A stretch of 64,000 nt of DNA from Octopus sinensis (Eukaryota), in NCBI RefSeq assembly GCF_006345805.1, contig NC_043013.1, positions 21,638,001-21,702,000 on the forward strand. Reading direction: 5' to 3'. A program made the position numbers and the translations under genes. The notes below the pieces were generated by a model. It was given only the letters and a program-made list of their open reading frames with translations. It was not told the origin of the DNA and ran no database searches. This document shows positions 63,648 to 64,000 of the stretch, one piece after another; positions within the stretch are counted from its first letter, which is position 1, and each line of letters begins with the position of its first letter.

Positions 63648-64000
63648 CTACAATAGAAAAAAAAAAGCAAGAGAAGGCACAAGAAATATAAGGACATACA
63701 TTAAATTATTGCTCTTCATTGGAAGGTACAAGGGAAAGGAAAGGATATGGTCTATTGATTCGATAGATCGACTTCATTAATGTTCCGTTTGGACATCTTT
63801 AGGGTAGTGAGAGTAGGGAGTGAGTTTCTGAGTTTTTCATAATCTAGAAAGGAAGGATTGGGATTAATAATTGATGCGGGATGTGATCTGGTTGGTGTAA
63901 TAGCATGTATGACGGGAGAAGGAGAAGGGACATGTGGCTGGGTATCTCGGGGAGAGGAATTATAAATTTACTGCTAATATATTTAACTAAGAATTAGGAC

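Overview
AT-rich, repeat-saturated animal genomic DNA. The SINE, RTE and R4 repeat families and the microsatellite load suggest a coleoid cephalopod, probably Octopus (inference). Two spliced genes can be reconstructed by hand. (1) ATP6V1F, V-ATPase subunit F, + strand, 5 coding exons across 8365-24224, 121 aa, with a compact ETS/CRE promoter right behind a Helitron-like insertion. (2) An unnamed minus-strand gene across 58627-28703, predicted to encode a ~250-aa secreted protein: a split signal peptide plus three PAN/apple-like domains, each on its own phase-1 exon. A disabled duplicate of its last exon lies at 63.4-63.6 kb. The rest is mostly mobile DNA: tRNA-derived SINEs, RTE, CR1, Tx1-like and R4/Dong-like (REL endonuclease) LINE fragments, and Merlin-, piggyBac-, pogo/Tigger-, mariner- and Helitron-like elements. 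The most interesting signals are: short (TA)n-flanked repeats carrying minimal type-I hammerhead ribozyme folds; an 8-kb head-to-tail pile-up of (AAT)n-associated R4/Dong elements that includes a 556-bp non-coding candidate partner element; an RTE 3'UTR that is amplified in one copy and deleted in another at the same microhomology; and long inverted repeats bracketing the pile-up in intron 1 of the PAN gene. Most long ORFs in the supplied track are microsatellite artefacts. Coordinates were counted by hand and percent identities are estimates by eye.
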